The notes beneath the pieces were generated by a model. It was not told where the DNA came from. It did no database searches and saw only the letters and a list, made by a program, of their open reading frames with translations. Shown here in pieces: positions 27,652-38,568 of a stretch of DNA of 64,000 nt (position 1 is the first letter of the stretch; each line of letters opens with the position of its first letter). The position numbers and the translations under genes were made by a program. This DNA is from Rickettsiales bacterium UBA2645 (GTDB lineage: Bacteria; Pseudomonadota; Alphaproteobacteria; Rickettsiales; UBA1997). Location: assembly GCA_002359655.1 (NCBI GenBank), contig DENL01000005.1, forward strand, positions 13,192 through 77,191, given 5' to 3'.

Positions 27652-29964
27652 CTAACTAAAAAACCCACGACGCTTTTTAACTGGCTCGCCGCCGCGATCA
27701 TCGCGGTCACGACGATCATCGCCGCGTCTGTCGTCGCGTCTTCTATCAGAGCCGCGATCATCACGATCTCTGCCACCACGATCAGAACTTCTTCTATCGC
27801 TACTTCCACGTCTGTCATCGCGATCTTCTCTTTCATCAACTTGTGGTCTGATTGAAAGAGTAGCTGAAATATCTTCGCCAGTTTTTTGATCAACACAACG
27901 ATAGCTTAGTTTTGGACGACCTTTTTTATCAAACCCGATCACTTTAACTTTAACGATATCACCTTCATTGATTACATCTTCGACGAAATCAACGCGATAC
28001 TCGGCAAGCTCAGAAATATGAACAAAGCCATCGCGATTATTTGAAATGCTAACAAACGCGCCAGCATCGATAACTTTAACGACTGGGCCTTCGTAAATGT
28101 CGCCGATTTCTGGCTCGAAAGTAATTTCGTTAACCATGGCTACAGCTTTCTTGATGGCGTCATTATTGTTAGAGCTGATTTTGACTGTGCCGTCATCTTC
28201 AACATCCATCACCACACCCGCAACGGCGCAGATTTCTTTGATGACCTTACCACGAGACCCTATTACGTCACGAATCTTTTTTGGTGAAATATTCATAATT
28301 TCAACTTTTGGTACATTGGCGTTAAGCTCAGTTCTGGGAGTTCCCATAACTGCAACCATTTTGTCCAAAATATGCATTCTGCCTCCATGAGCTTGCTCTA
28401 AAGCTTTTTGCATGATTTCAGCGCTGATGCCGTTGATTTTAATATCCATTTGAAGAGCAGTGATGCCATTTTTTGTACCAGCAACTTTAAAATCCATGTC
28501 ACCTAAATGATCTTCATCGCCCATGATATCAGACAAGACAACATAATCGTTGCCTTCTTTAATCAATCCCATCGCAATACCAGAAACTGGTTCTTTGATT
28601 GGAACACCAGCGTCCATTAAAGATAGGGAAGTTCCACAAACTGTAGCCATTGAAGATGAACCATTTGATTCAGTGATTTCAGAAACTACGCGAGTAACAT
28701 AAGAAAAATTCTCGTTGATTGCAGGAAAAACTGGAGCCAAAGCGCGGTGCGCTAATTTTCCATGACCGATCTCTCTTCTTCCAGGAGATTTTAATTGACC
28801 AGTCTCGCCAACTGAGTATGGAGGGAAATTGTAATGCAGCATGAATGCTTCTTTGCTCATACCATCAAGACCTTCAACCATTTGTTCGTCTTTTGACGAA
28901 CCAAGAGTGGTGACAACTAAAGCTTGAGTTTCGCCACGAGTAAAAAGTGCTGAACCATGAACTTGCGGTAAAATACCAACCTCAATTTCGATTTGGCGAA
29001 CTTGATCAAGTTTACGGCCATCGATTCTAGCATGACTTTTCAATATATCGTTGCGAACGATGTCTTTTTCTAAATATTTGAAAATTGAAGAGATTTTATT
29101 TTTAGAAACTCCAGCTTCTTCATTGATAAATTTAGCTTCAACTTCGCTTTGGATTTGCGCAAGATCAGAAGCGCGTTCTTGTTTAGCAGATTTTTTGAAA
29201 GCTGCGATCAATCTGTCGCCAATAAAAGCGGCGATGTCTTTTTTCAAAGCAGAGTTGTCTTCTTGTTTAACTTCGAGTTTTTTCTTTCCAGCTTCAGCTG
29301 CGAAATCATTGATCAAATCAATGATTGGCTGAAATTGTTGATGACCAAAATTAACTGCCTCAAGCATTTGAGTTTCGGTTAATTCTTTAGCTTCTGATTC
29401 AACCATCAGAACTGAGGATTTGGTACCAGCAACAACCAGATCAAGGGTGCTATTTTTTAACTCTTCACTGCTTGGGTTTAAAACTAATTGCCCATCAATC
29501 AAACCAACTCTTGCACCAGCAACTGGCTCAGCAAAAGGAGCTTCAGAAATCGCTAAAGCAGCAGAAGCGCCAATTAATGCGATGATATCTGGTGTGTGTG
29601 AAATATCGTAAGAAAGTACGGTACAAACGACGTTAACTTCATTATAAAAGTTTTCAGGGAATAGTGGGCGGATTGGACGATCAATCAATCTTGAAGTTAG
29701 AGTAGCAGCTTCTGAAGGCTTAGCTTCTCTTTTAAAGAAACCACCAGGAATTTTTCCAGCGGCATAAGTTTTTTCTATGTAATTTACAGTAAGCGGGAAG
29801 AATCCTGCGTTTTCAGCGGCTTTTGCAGCAACAGTAACAGCACAAAGAATTGTAGTATTTCCAAATCTAGCAACAACTGAACTGGCTTGACGAGCAATTT
29901 TGCCAGTTTCTAAAGAAAGGATTTTTCCGTTCCAGTTAATTTCTTTTTTTACAACATTAAACAT
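27652..29964 (-). CDS. pnp: Polyribonucleotide nucleotidyltransferase (PNPase) with an Arg/Asp-rich C-terminal tail
   Basis: 770 aa with two RNase PH domains, KH and S1 ('GDIYEGPVVKVIDAGAFVSI'). The last ~65 aa are 'DEREDRDDRRGSSDRRSSDRGGRDRDDRGSDRRRDDRRGDDRRDRDDRGG..'. Confidence 0.97.
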   Translation of the reverse strand: MFNVVKKEINWNGKILSLETGKIARQASSVVARFGNTTILCAVTVAAKAAENAGFFPLTVNYIEKTYAAGKIPGGFFKREAKPSEAATLTSRLIDRPIRPLFPENFYNEVNVVCTVLSYDISHTPDIIALIGASAALAISEAPFAEPVAGARVGLIDGQLVLNPSSEELKNSTLDLVVAGTKSSVLMVESEAKELTETQMLEAVNFGHQQFQPIIDLINDFAAEAGKKKLEVKQEDNSALKKDIAAFIGDRLIAAFKKSAKQERASDLAQIQSEVEAKFINEEAGVSKNKISSIFKYLEKDIVRNDILKSHARIDGRKLDQVRQIEIEVGILPQVHGSALFTRGETQALVVTTLGSSKDEQMVEGLDGMSKEAFMLHYNFPPYSVGETGQLKSPGRREIGHGKLAHRALAPVFPAINENFSYVTRVVSEITESNGSSSMATVCGTSLSLMDAGVPIKEPVSGIAMGLIKEGNDYVVLSDIMGDEDHLGDMDFKVAGTKNGITALQMDIKINGISAEIMQKALEQAHGGRMHILDKMVAVMGTPRTELNANVPKVEIMNISPKKIRDVIGSRGKVIKEICAVAGVVMDVEDDGTVKISSNNNDAIKKAVAMVNEITFEPEIGDIYEGPVVKVIDAGAFVSISNNRDGFVHISELAEYRVDFVEDVINEGDIVKVKVIGFDKKGRPKLSYRCVDQKTGEDISATLSIRPQVDEREDRDDRRGSSDRRSSDRGGRDRDDRGSDRRRDDRRGDDRRDRDDRGGEPVKKRRGFFS

Positions 29965-30161
29965 AGTTTCAGCTTTTTATTATTAATTTATAGCAAGCAA
30001 GACAGATAAATCTTGCTTGATATATAGAATTACCCTCAAAAACAGGGCAAGGCTTTCGCCATGTACAGCTTTTATACTTATCTACTTTAAGAAGTTGATA
30101 AGCAAAAGGATTTGAAATTGTGGTGAGTCTAAAAGCTACAAATACCAAGTAGCGTTTAAGA

Positions 30162-30431
30162 TTATTTTCTGATTTCTAATTTTTTGATCAAAGCTTCGTA
30201 ACGGGCCTCTGACCTTGATTTTAAGTAATCAAGTAAACTTCTTCTTTTGCCAACTAAAATCAACAAACCTCTTTTTGAGGAAAAATCATTTTTATGAATT
30301 TTAAGATGTTCGCTTAAATTGTTCATTTGTTTGGTGATAACAGCGCACTGAACTTCAACCGAGCCAGTATCGTTTTTGTCTTGAGCAAATGCTTTTACTA
30401 CTTCTTTTTTTAATTTTGTAAGAACTGACAT
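30162..30431 (-). CDS. rpsO: 30S ribosomal protein S15
   Basis: 89 aa. 'DTGSVEVQCA', 'HLKIHKNDFSSKRGLL'. Confidence 0.97.
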   Translation of the reverse strand: MSVLTKLKKEVVKAFAQDKNDTGSVEVQCAVITKQMNNLSEHLKIHKNDFSSKRGLLILVGKRRSLLDYLKSRSEARYEALIKKLEIRK

Positions 30432-30448
30432 TGATTCAGAATAATAGA

Positions 30449-31378
30449 TTAGAAAACATTAACGGGTTTAAGCAGGTTTTTTTCAAAGCTGGCCAGACCA
30501 ATTAATTCAACATTATTGACAACAAGAACGATGTTGGCAGCGAAAGGTTCAAGAAATTTATGACTAAGAGACTTACAATCCAGAGGCAAAGGATTGATTG
30601 TTATAATCTGACCATTTTTAAATTTAGAGGCATCTAGATCATCCAATTTAACTTCGGGCATAAAATCCAAGACATCGTGCAAACAAAGCATCGAGCCGTC
30701 AAGAAAACGGGCGTTATAAGTAGTGACCAGTTTTAACAGGTCAAGCGAAATTCTTTTTTCGTACATAAAATTACCAACCATTAAACGGGTTAGCACAGAA
30801 ACATATCCGCACGCAGAAAGTCTTTTGCAAATATCGCGCGATAAAGAACGAATATATGTACCCTTAGAACACTCTGATTCAAACTCTGCAAATTCAGCAG
30901 AATTTGAAATTAATTTGAGCGAAAAAATTTCAACTTGACGTTCTTTAATTTTAAAATCGATTTCTTTTCTGGCTAGTTCATAAGCTCTCTTGCCATCAAT
31001 TTTAATTGCAGAAAAGCGTGAGGGAGTTTGTTTTATTTTGCCCAAAAAATTTGGCAAAACTGAAATTATATTTTCTGTTTTTGGCCTAAACAAACTTGAT
31101 TCTGTAACCTTTCCTTCGACATCATCAGTATCACGAAATTCTCCCCAAGTGATGCGAAAAAAATATTTTTTGCGAGCGTCGCTAATGTATTGGCAAGTTT
31201 TCGTAGCTTTGTTAAGTGCAATTGGCAGAACGCCAGAAGCAAATGGATCAAGAGTTCCGGCATGACCAACTTTTTTTGCACCCGTAACTCTTTTAATAAT
31301 CGCTACAACTTTAGCTGAAGAATAGCCAATTGGCTTATCAATGTTAAGCCAGATATTTTTTTGGGAGAGATTTTGCAT
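30449..31378 (-). CDS. truB: tRNA pseudouridine(55) synthase
   Basis: 309 aa. 'KVGHAGTLDPFASGVLPI'. Sits in the classic truB-rpsO-pnp order. Confidence 0.93.
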   Translation of the reverse strand: MQNLSQKNIWLNIDKPIGYSSAKVVAIIKRVTGAKKVGHAGTLDPFASGVLPIALNKATKTCQYISDARKKYFFRITWGEFRDTDDVEGKVTESSLFRPKTENIISVLPNFLGKIKQTPSRFSAIKIDGKRAYELARKEIDFKIKERQVEIFSLKLISNSAEFAEFESECSKGTYIRSLSRDICKRLSACGYVSVLTRLMVGNFMYEKRISLDLLKLVTTYNARFLDGSMLCLHDVLDFMPEVKLDDLDASKFKNGQIITINPLPLDCKSLSHKFLEPFAANIVLVVNNVELIGLASFEKNLLKPVNVF

Positions 31379-31402
31379 CTGGATTAATGACTTATTGTCA
31401 TT

Positions 31403-32290
31403 TTATACGGTGTTTGCGCCCGAAATAATGTCGATCAATTCTTTAGTAATATTAGCCTGTCTGGTTCTGTTATAAACCAGCGTTAAATTTTTTATCATTT
31501 TACCAGCATTGTTGCTTGCTGCTTCCATCGCAGCCATTCTGGCACCTTGCTCTGAAGCACTATTTTCTAAAAGCTGGTTATAAATTTGAATTGAAAGATT
31601 TTTTGGTAAAAGATCTTGCAGAATTTCTTCTTGATCTGGCTCGTATTGAATTGGTAAATCTACAAAATTTGCTTGGCTCTGAATTTTGATTTGAGCAGGA
31701 ATAACTTGTTTACAAACTTGTTCTTGCGCAATTGCTGATTTGAATTTGCTATAAATTACTTCACAAATATCGAACTGATTTTGATCGAATAAATCAGTAA
31801 TTTTTTGAGTTACATCTTGAGCGGATTTATGCTCAATGGCTCCTTTGAAAATACCAAACGAAGAATCAATGATTTTTTTGCCATAAGCAGTCTTCAATTG
31901 CTCGTAAGATTTTTTTCCAACACAAATTATTTTTACTTCTTTGCCTTCAGCAATAAGCGAGTTAACACGACTTTTAGTGAATTTTACAGTAGCGCCGTTG
32001 AGTCCACCGCAAAGCCCACGATCAGAAGACATTACTACAATTAAGTAAGAAGAGTTTTTGCCTTTTCCGGTAAGTAAAGGAAATTTCTCGTCTAGATTAC
32101 CGCGCACCGCAATATTTGAAGCTAAGTTACAAACCATTTCACTAATTTTATCAGCAAAAGGGCGAGAAGCTTCAACCAACTGCTTAGCTTTTTTTAAGCG
32201 CGAGGCCGCAACCATTTTCATGGCTTTGGTCATTTTTTGGGTAGATTTGACAGATTTAATTCTAGTTTTGAGCGTTTTTAAATTAGCCAT
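31403..32290 (-). CDS. atpG: F0F1 ATP synthase subunit gamma
   Basis: 295 aa. 'LKTLKTRIKSVKSTQKMTKAMKMVAASRL' at the N-terminus and 'RQANITKELIDIISGA' at the C-terminus. Confidence 0.95.
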   Translation of the reverse strand: MANLKTLKTRIKSVKSTQKMTKAMKMVAASRLKKAKQLVEASRPFADKISEMVCNLASNIAVRGNLDEKFPLLTGKGKNSSYLIVVMSSDRGLCGGLNGATVKFTKSRVNSLIAEGKEVKIICVGKKSYEQLKTAYGKKIIDSSFGIFKGAIEHKSAQDVTQKITDLFDQNQFDICEVIYSKFKSAIAQEQVCKQVIPAQIKIQSQANFVDLPIQYEPDQEEILQDLLPKNLSIQIYNQLLENSASEQGARMAAMEAASNNAGKMIKNLTLVYNRTRQANITKELIDIISGANTV

Positions 32291-32299
32291 ATTTGTGAA

Positions 32300-33895
32300 T
32301 TATTTCGTGTCGTGAGCCAAACGATTATCCAATCCAACATGGTCAAAATGGGTGCTTGGAGCATGGTTTAGAAAAATTTCTAAAAATTCTTCAATTACCT
32401 TTTTCAAAGCGGCTTCATTGCTATCAGTAATTTTTTGTTCTTGTTTGATTGAAGATAAAATTTCTGGATGAGATGAGTGAAGTTTGCGTAAAAATTCTTT
32501 TTCAAACTTAACAACTTCTTTAGCTGGAACTTTGTCCAAATAACCTTTAACACCAACATAAATTGAAGCGACTTGCTCTTCAAAGCCCATTGGCGAATAT
32601 TGGTTTTGTTTTAAAAGTTCAGTTAGTTTACGGCCTTTATCCAGAAGCTTTTGCGTTGCAGCATCAAGATCAGAACCAAATTGTGCGAAAGCTTCAAGCT
32701 CACGGAATTGTGCCAGATCAAGCTTGATAGTACCAGCAACTTGTTTCATGGCTTTAGTTTGAGCAGCAGAACCAACGCGAGAAACTGACAATCCAACGTT
32801 AACCGCAGGTTTGATACCTTTATAGAAAAGTTCGGTTTCCAAGAAAATTTGTCCGTCAGTGATTGAAATCACGTTGGTTGGAATGTAGGCAGAAACGTCG
32901 CCAGCTTGAGTTTCAATAATTGGCAATGCAGTCAATGAACCTCCACCACAAGCGTCAGACATTTTAGCGGCGCGTTCAAGTAAACGGGAGTGAACATAAA
33001 AAACATCTCCAGGATAAGCTTCGCGTCCTGGTGGACGACGAAGTAGAAGCGACATCTCGCGATAAGCTACAGCGTGCTTGCTTAAATCATCATAAGCAAC
33101 AAGAGCGTGCATTGCATTATCGCGGAAATATTCGCCAACTGTACAACCAGTGTAAGGTGCAAAGAATTGCAGAGCGGCACTTTCAGAAGCAGTAGCAGAA
33201 ACAACAACTGAGTATTTCATTGCGCCAGCATCTTCTAAAGTTTTAACGATTTGAGCAACCGTTGAACGCTTTTGACCAATCGCTACATAAATGCAGAATA
33301 GTTTTTTCTTCTCGTCATTTTCCTCATGTGCCTTGGCTTGATTTATAAAAGCATCAAGAACAATTGCAGTTTTGCCAGTTTGACGATCACCAATAATAAG
33401 TTCGCGTTGACCACGACCAATTGGGATTAAGCTGTCAATTGCTTTAATACCAGTTTGCATTGGCTCAGAAACTGATTGACGTGCGATAATTCCTGGAGCT
33501 TTGATTTCAACACGACGAAACTCAACATTTGTCAATGGACCTTTGCCGTCAATTGGATTACCGAGCGCATCAATAACGCGACCCAGCAAACCTTTACCAA
33601 CTGGAACCTCAACAATTTTGCCAGTTCTTTTTACAGAAGAGCCTTCTTTAATTGTTTGTGCTTCACCAAAAACTACGATACCGACATTGTCAGATTCAAG
33701 GTTTAAGGCCATACCTTTAACGCCAGATTCAAACTCGACTAACTCACCAGCTTGAACATTATCTAAGCCATAAACTTTAGCGATACCGTCGCCAATTTTA
33801 ATAACTTCGCCAACTTCTTTTAATTCAGCCGAACTTTTAAAATTCTCGATTTTCTTTTGTAAAATGTTGGAGAATTCTTCTACTCTAAATTCCAT
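32300..33895 (-). CDS. atpA: F0F1 ATP synthase subunit alpha
   Basis: 531 aa. Walker A 'GDRQTGKT', plus '[19 protein letters not shown]'. About 20 aa are C-terminal to the usual end. Confidence 0.97.
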   Translation of the reverse strand: MEFRVEEFSNILQKKIENFKSSAELKEVGEVIKIGDGIAKVYGLDNVQAGELVEFESGVKGMALNLESDNVGIVVFGEAQTIKEGSSVKRTGKIVEVPVGKGLLGRVIDALGNPIDGKGPLTNVEFRRVEIKAPGIIARQSVSEPMQTGIKAIDSLIPIGRGQRELIIGDRQTGKTAIVLDAFINQAKAHEENDEKKKLFCIYVAIGQKRSTVAQIVKTLEDAGAMKYSVVVSATASESAALQFFAPYTGCTVGEYFRDNAMHALVAYDDLSKHAVAYREMSLLLRRPPGREAYPGDVFYVHSRLLERAAKMSDACGGGSLTALPIIETQAGDVSAYIPTNVISITDGQIFLETELFYKGIKPAVNVGLSVSRVGSAAQTKAMKQVAGTIKLDLAQFRELEAFAQFGSDLDAATQKLLDKGRKLTELLKQNQYSPMGFEEQVASIYVGVKGYLDKVPAKEVVKFEKEFLRKLHSSHPEILSSIKQEQKITDSNEAALKKVIEEFLEIFLNHAPSTHFDHVGLDNRLAHDTK

Positions 33896-33915
33896 ATTTG
33901 TAATTTTTATTGTTA

Positions 33916-34461
33916 TTAGAAAGCGGCGCTTAGTTGTTTTTCTAGGTTAGATAGTTGATTTTTCAAACTAACATCGATGATGCTGGATCCGATTTTTACT
34001 TGAAATCCACCTAAAATTTTAGCATTAAAAGTTTCTTTGATTTCGATCACCTTGCCAGAATGTTTTTTCTCAATCAAAGATTTGATTTGATCAAACTGCG
34101 CTTTAGTAGGCTTTGTCGCAAAGATGACTTCAACTTCTAAAATGTTTTTTTGCTTTTTAACTAAATGAAAAAACTCACAGTGAATTTCTGGAAACATACT
34201 TAATCTTCTATTACGGGCCATAGCCATAAAGAAGTCAGAGGTGATTTTTGTTAATGCTAATTTTTGCGTGATATCTTCCATTACTTTTTCTAATTCGCTT
34301 TTAGAAATCACAGGGTTCTGTAACTCATGGGCAAAGCTTGAGTTAAAGTTTTTTTTAAACTCATCAAGCTCAGTAGAAACTTTATCTAAAGCGTTGCTTT
34401 TTCTAGTCGCATCAAACAGAGCTTTAGCGTAATTTTTAGCAACAACAGAGGCTCTTGGCAT
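33916..34461 (-). CDS. atpH: F0F1 ATP synthase subunit delta (OSCP)
   Basis: 181 aa. '[11 protein letters not shown]', and it lies upstream of atpA. Confidence 0.88.
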   Translation of the reverse strand: MPRASVVAKNYAKALFDATRKSNALDKVSTELDEFKKNFNSSFAHELQNPVISKSELEKVMEDITQKLALTKITSDFFMAMARNRRLSMFPEIHCEFFHLVKKQKNILEVEVIFATKPTKAQFDQIKSLIEKKHSGKVIEIKETFNAKILGGFQVKIGSSIIDVSLKNQLSNLEKQLSAAF

Positions 34462-34596
34462 TTTTAGATTTTGATTAAAATTTTTACGAAGAAATTTTCG
34501 AAGTGAAATAACAAGGCATCGAATTGATCAGAGGCGCGGCAAAGTATGTTCAAAAAAATAAAATGCAACTTAGGAAATTTTCTAAAAAAACCTAAG

Positions 34597-35628
34597 CTAG
34601 ATATTTATCGGGTCGATATTTTCGAAATGATCGTGAATCTGGTTTGTTGTGGAAAACTTGTCACCACTTTTCTCACAAGCAATGTGAAATAGGGCATCTC
34701 CTTTATTAGCCAGAGGCAATTTTGATATACCAATTATAATTCCACTTTCATGAGCTTCGACCAAAATTTTGTGATCGCCAAATGGATTAGAAATTTCGCC
34801 AAGTATTTCACCTTTTTTAACTATCTTACCCAGTTCTTGATAAGCGATGTGAATGCCGCTGTGAGGAGCTCTTACCCAAGAGCTTGATTTAGCTATAAAA
34901 GTCTTTTTATTGATATTTTTTTGGGCGATTTTTTTAATCATACCGATTTCTTGCATAACGTTTAAAATTCCGTTAATTCCAACTTTAATGCTCTCCTCAT
35001 CAAAACGCAGAGCCTCTCCAGCTTCAAACAAAATCATTGGGATATTTATTTGCGAAACCGAGGCTCGCAGAGAACCATCACGCAAATTTGATCCGATTAT
35101 AACTGGCGCTGAAAAAGCTTTGGCTAATTCAAAAGTTTTTTTGTCAGAAATGTCGGCGCGGATTTGCGGATAGTTACAGCGATGAAATGCTCCTGTATGT
35201 AAATCAATGCCGAAATCAGATTTCAAAACTATTTCTTGCATGAATTTATAAGCCAGCTGCGATGTTAAAGAGCCATTTTTAAATCCAGGAAAGCAACGAT
35301 TTAAATCACGACGATCGGGTAAATAGCGCGAACGATCGTTAAAACCAAAAATATTTACGACCGGAATTACAATCAAAGTGCCGCAAATATTTTTTAGCGC
35401 ATTATGCGAAAGCAAGCGGCGAACAATTTCAATGCCATTGATTTCGTCTCCATGAATTGTTGAAGAAACAAAAAGTGTTGGACCATCTTTCTTGCCGCGA
35501 ATCACCTCGATTGGCATTTTTACGTCAGTGAAATCATAAATACTGCCCATATCGATATTAATACGAGAACGCTCTCCACGATTAATTTCAATACCGTCGA
35601 TTATAAAATTAGCAGATTTTTTGATCAT
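34597..35628 (-). CDS. Succinylglutamate desuccinylase/aspartoacylase (AstE/AspA, M14-like) family protein
   Basis: 'GPTLFVSSTIHGDEINGIEIV' zinc-binding pattern. I prefer the Met at 35628 (MIKKSANF..), which overlaps the upstream stop as TAATG, over the ORF-track start at 35673. Confidence 0.7.
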   Translation of the reverse strand: MIKKSANFIIDGIEINRGERSRINIDMGSIYDFTDVKMPIEVIRGKKDGPTLFVSSTIHGDEINGIEIVRRLLSHNALKNICGTLIVIPVVNIFGFNDRSRYLPDRRDLNRCFPGFKNGSLTSQLAYKFMQEIVLKSDFGIDLHTGAFHRCNYPQIRADISDKKTFELAKAFSAPVIIGSNLRDGSLRASVSQINIPMILFEAGEALRFDEESIKVGINGILNVMQEIGMIKKIAQKNINKKTFIAKSSSWVRAPHSGIHIAYQELGKIVKKGEILGEISNPFGDHKILVEAHESGIIIGISKLPLANKGDALFHIACEKSGDKFSTTNQIHDHFENIDPINI

Positions 35629-36563
35629 TATTTTTTGCGATTCAAAAAAGCATAAGACAAAATTTTGTAACAAAGTTTTGCCGAAAGAAAGTCACAGGAA
35701 TGCAAAGCTTTTACCGGTGCTAACTCAACCACATCAGCTCCAACAATATCAGAAATTTTACTAGCTTCGCGAATAATATCTAAAGCATCCTCCCACATCA
35801 CACCTCCGGGCTCTGGTGTTCCCGTAGCTTGCATCAAACTCGAGTCAAATCCATCTAAATCAAAAGTTAAAAAAACTGGACGACCTTTGAGCGGAGCAAC
35901 AATTTCTTTAGCATTCCACTTTCTACGATCTTTACCAAAATGCATGTGAATACGATGACGATTGGCTTCTAGATAAGGAATTTCGCTAGCTGAAATATTA
36001 CGAATGCCGCAAGAAATTAAAGTTGAAATCGGATTATCCATCACACGGCGAAGTGCTGCGGCGTGCGAATAATGCTCGCCATCAAAACCATCGCGCAAAT
36101 CAGCGTGAGCATCAAAATGCAAAATTGCTAGGTCAGGATATTTTTTGACAAAAGGACGAATTGAACCAGCTGTGATTGAATGTTCACCGCCCAAAATCAG
36201 TGGGAATTTTTCAGCATCTAAAATTTTTTCGGTGATTTTTTCTAATTGCTTTAAAGATTTTACCACAGAAGTGCGATCAATTTTTGGCTCTTTCATTGTG
36301 ATCACACCATATTTTCTGAAAGGTTCGCACCAAAATTCTTCGTCGAAAAGTTCAACTTGTTGCGAGGCGCTGATAATTGCTTTTGGCCCGTTTTTCGTAC
36401 CGCCACCATAACTTACAGATTTTTCTAAACCAAAAGGCACGACAACTACTTTTGATTGGTCTGGCGTTTTTAAATATTTTTCTTCAACACCCAAAAAACC
36501 GTTTTTTTGCGAAAGAAATTCGAATTGATCGAGAAGAGATTTTTGAGTTTTTTTCGTAGACAT
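35628..36563 (-). CDS. speB: Agmatinase/ureohydrolase family protein
   Basis: 311 aa. 'GGEHSIT', 'HFDAHADLRD' and 'LTFDLDGFD' are arginase-fold Mn-binding motifs. Confidence 0.85.
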   Translation of the reverse strand: MSTKKTQKSLLDQFEFLSQKNGFLGVEEKYLKTPDQSKVVVVPFGLEKSVSYGGGTKNGPKAIISASQQVELFDEEFWCEPFRKYGVITMKEPKIDRTSVVKSLKQLEKITEKILDAEKFPLILGGEHSITAGSIRPFVKKYPDLAILHFDAHADLRDGFDGEHYSHAAALRRVMDNPISTLISCGIRNISASEIPYLEANRHRIHMHFGKDRRKWNAKEIVAPLKGRPVFLTFDLDGFDSSLMQATGTPEPGGVMWEDALDIIREASKISDIVGADVVELAPVKALHSCDFLSAKLCYKILSYAFLNRKK

Positions 36564-36567
36564 AAGA

Positions 36568-37617
36568 TTATTCTAAGATGTTTATGTGAGCCATTTTTCT
36601 ACCAGCAACAGATTTTTCTTTGCCGTAAAGATGAATTTTAGAGCGCGGATTTTGATAAAATTTTTCTACATCATTTACTTCATCTCCGATCAGATTTTTC
36701 ATATAACCTCTTGAGTGAAATTCTGTAGAGCCAAGAGGCAAGCCAGTAATAGCACGAATTAATTGTTCAAATTGTGAAGTGATTGCAGCGTCCATCGAGA
36801 AATGTCCAGAATTGTGTGGCCTTGGTGCCAGCTCATTGACGAGTAATTCGTCACCAATCACAAACATTTCAACCGCTAAAACTCCGATTAAATTTATTTC
36901 TTGAGCAATTTTTTTTGCCAGATCTTGCGCCTTTATTTGCAAGGCTTGCAAGATTTTTGCTGGATAATGACTTTCATCTAAAATGCCAAGTTTGTGAATG
37001 TTTGTCAGCGGCTCATAAACAGCGATTTCATTATTTTTTGAGCGCGCCACCATCACCGAAATTTCAGAATCAAACGGACAAAATTTTTCTAAAATTAATT
37101 TGTTATTTTTAGCTTGCGACCAAGCAAGTTCAGCATCTTGTTTATTTTTCAAAACAAACTGACCTTTGCCATCATAGCCCATTGTAGCAGTTTTTAAAAT
37201 TGCTTTACCAAATTTTTCTAAATTTTGTTGTAACTCTTCAAGGCTTGAAATCTCTGCATATTCAGTAGTTTTTACAGCAATCGAGTTTAAGAAATTTTTT
37301 TCTAAAATTCTGTGCTGAGTAATTTTCAAAACTTCTGCACTTGGACAAACTTCAACATATTTGCTTAAAAAATTCACGGTCTGAAAGGGAATGTTTTCAA
37401 ATTCAAAAGTAGCGACATCAACTAGCTTGGCAAATTCTTGCAGCGCTTTCTCATCTTCATAATCAGCAACAATTGTTTTATTGGTGACAAAACTTGCAGG
37501 CGAATTTTCTTGGTCAGACAAAATAACAGTGCGAAAGCCCATTTTATGAGCATAAAAGCAAGTCATGCGGCCAAGTTGCCCACCGCCAATAATGCCGATT
37601 GTTGTGATTTTTTTCAC
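36568..37617 (-). CDS. purK: N5-carboxyaminoimidazole ribonucleotide synthase
   Basis: 349 aa. 'IGIIGGGQLGRM', an ATP-grasp core, 'ELAPRPHNSGH'. Confidence 0.92.
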   Translation of the reverse strand: MKKITTIGIIGGGQLGRMTCFYAHKMGFRTVILSDQENSPASFVTNKTIVADYEDEKALQEFAKLVDVATFEFENIPFQTVNFLSKYVEVCPSAEVLKITQHRILEKNFLNSIAVKTTEYAEISSLEELQQNLEKFGKAILKTATMGYDGKGQFVLKNKQDAELAWSQAKNNKLILEKFCPFDSEISVMVARSKNNEIAVYEPLTNIHKLGILDESHYPAKILQALQIKAQDLAKKIAQEINLIGVLAVEMFVIGDELLVNELAPRPHNSGHFSMDAAITSQFEQLIRAITGLPLGSTEFHSRGYMKNLIGDEVNDVEKFYQNPRSKIHLYGKEKSVAGRKMAHINILE

Positions 37618-37693
37618 TGAAAATTTTGCCTTGGATTGATTTAAAAAAGGAAGCGCGGCAAAGTATTTTTAATGAAAATTTTTTCAAGAAATT

Positions 37694-37873
37694 ATGTCGC
37701 AAAAAATATCTGATGAACTTCTGCAAATTCTGCTTTGCCCTTCGTGCAAAAGTGAGTTGGTTTTTGATGAAAAAAATAATGAGCTGATTTGTTACAAATC
37801 AAAACTAGCTTACAAAATCAATGAAGGAATCCCAATAATGTTAATTGACGAAGCAAGAAAAATAGAGGAATAA
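37694..37873 (+). CDS. Trm112/YcaR (UPF0434) family small zinc-ribbon-like protein
   Basis: 59-aa ORF below the ORF-track cutoff: MSQKISDELLQILLCPSCKSELVFDEKNNELICYKSKLAYKINEGIPIMLIDEARKIEE. Its stop overlaps the rlmE ATG (TAATG). Confidence 0.75.
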   Translation: MSQKISDELLQILLCPSCKSELVFDEKNNELICYKSKLAYKINEGIPIMLIDEARKIEE

Positions 37874-38568
37874 TGCCACAAAAATCGCAAAGACTGAAGA
37901 AGGCCAAAAGACTAAAAAAATCGTCACAAAAATGGTTGCTTCGCCAAATTAACGATCCATTTGTTGAGCGCGCTAAACTTGAAGGATGGCGTTCGCGCGC
38001 TGCTTTTAAAATTATTGAAGTCGACGAAAAATTTAAAATTTTCAAAAAAGGAAAAATTGTTGTCGATCTTGGTGCAGCCCCTGGTGGTTGGTCGCAATAT
38101 GCTGTAACAAAAGTTGGCGAAGGAAATGTAATTGCAATTGATTTACTTCCGATTGATTCACTTCCGGGAGTAAATTTTTTTGTTGGCGATTTTATGGAGC
38201 CAGAAGCGCCAGAAAAAATAATTTCGCTGCTTAAAACAATTCCGTATAACAAAAGTGGTCGCTGTGATGCAGTCTTGTCTGATATGGCTGCAAATACTAC
38301 AGGAGACCACACAACAGATCATATGCGTATCATCGCACTTTTAGAAGAGGCCTTGATTTTAGCCGAAAAAATCTTGAAAGAAAAAGGTGCTTTTGTTGGC
38401 AAAATTTTTCAAGGCGGCAGCTCAGATGAGATATTGAAAAAATTAAGAAAAAACTTTTCCACCGTAAAATATTTCAAGCCTAATTCATCACGCAAAGATT
38501 CTTCAGAAACTTATGTAGTAGCACTTGGTTTTAAAAAAACTGAGGCTTTAGACAATATTGCCGCCTGA
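37873..38568 (+). CDS. rlmE: 23S rRNA (uridine2552-2'-O)-methyltransferase RlmE/FtsJ
   Basis: 231 aa. 'WRSRAAFKIIEVDEKF', 'VVDLGAAPGGWSQY', 'VLSDMAANTTG'. Confidence 0.93.
   Translation: MPQKSQRLKKAKRLKKSSQKWLLRQINDPFVERAKLEGWRSRAAFKIIEVDEKFKIFKKGKIVVDLGAAPGGWSQYAVTKVGEGNVIAIDLLPIDSLPGVNFFVGDFMEPEAPEKIISLLKTIPYNKSGRCDAVLSDMAANTTGDHTTDHMRIIALLEEALILAEKILKEKGAFVGKIFQGGSSDEILKKLRKNFSTVKYFKPNSSRKDSSETYVVALGFKKTEALDNIAA

Noticed and set aside
27630-27896. 88-aa (-) and 70-aa (+) ORFs overlapping the 3' end of pnp
   Set aside because: They arise from the repetitive GC-rich RD-tail coding sequence, which lacks stops in several frames. The pnp frame is continuous with the S1 domain.
32300-32370. 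~20-aa C-terminal extension of AtpA ('[23 protein letters not shown]'), considered as a frameshift or readthrough
   Set aside because: There is no homopolymer or alternative-frame signal. Without an alignment I cannot show that the extension is abnormal.
37818-38312. 164-aa ORF antisense to rlmE
   Set aside because: rlmE motifs on the + strand are unambiguous. The antisense ORF has no recognisable features.
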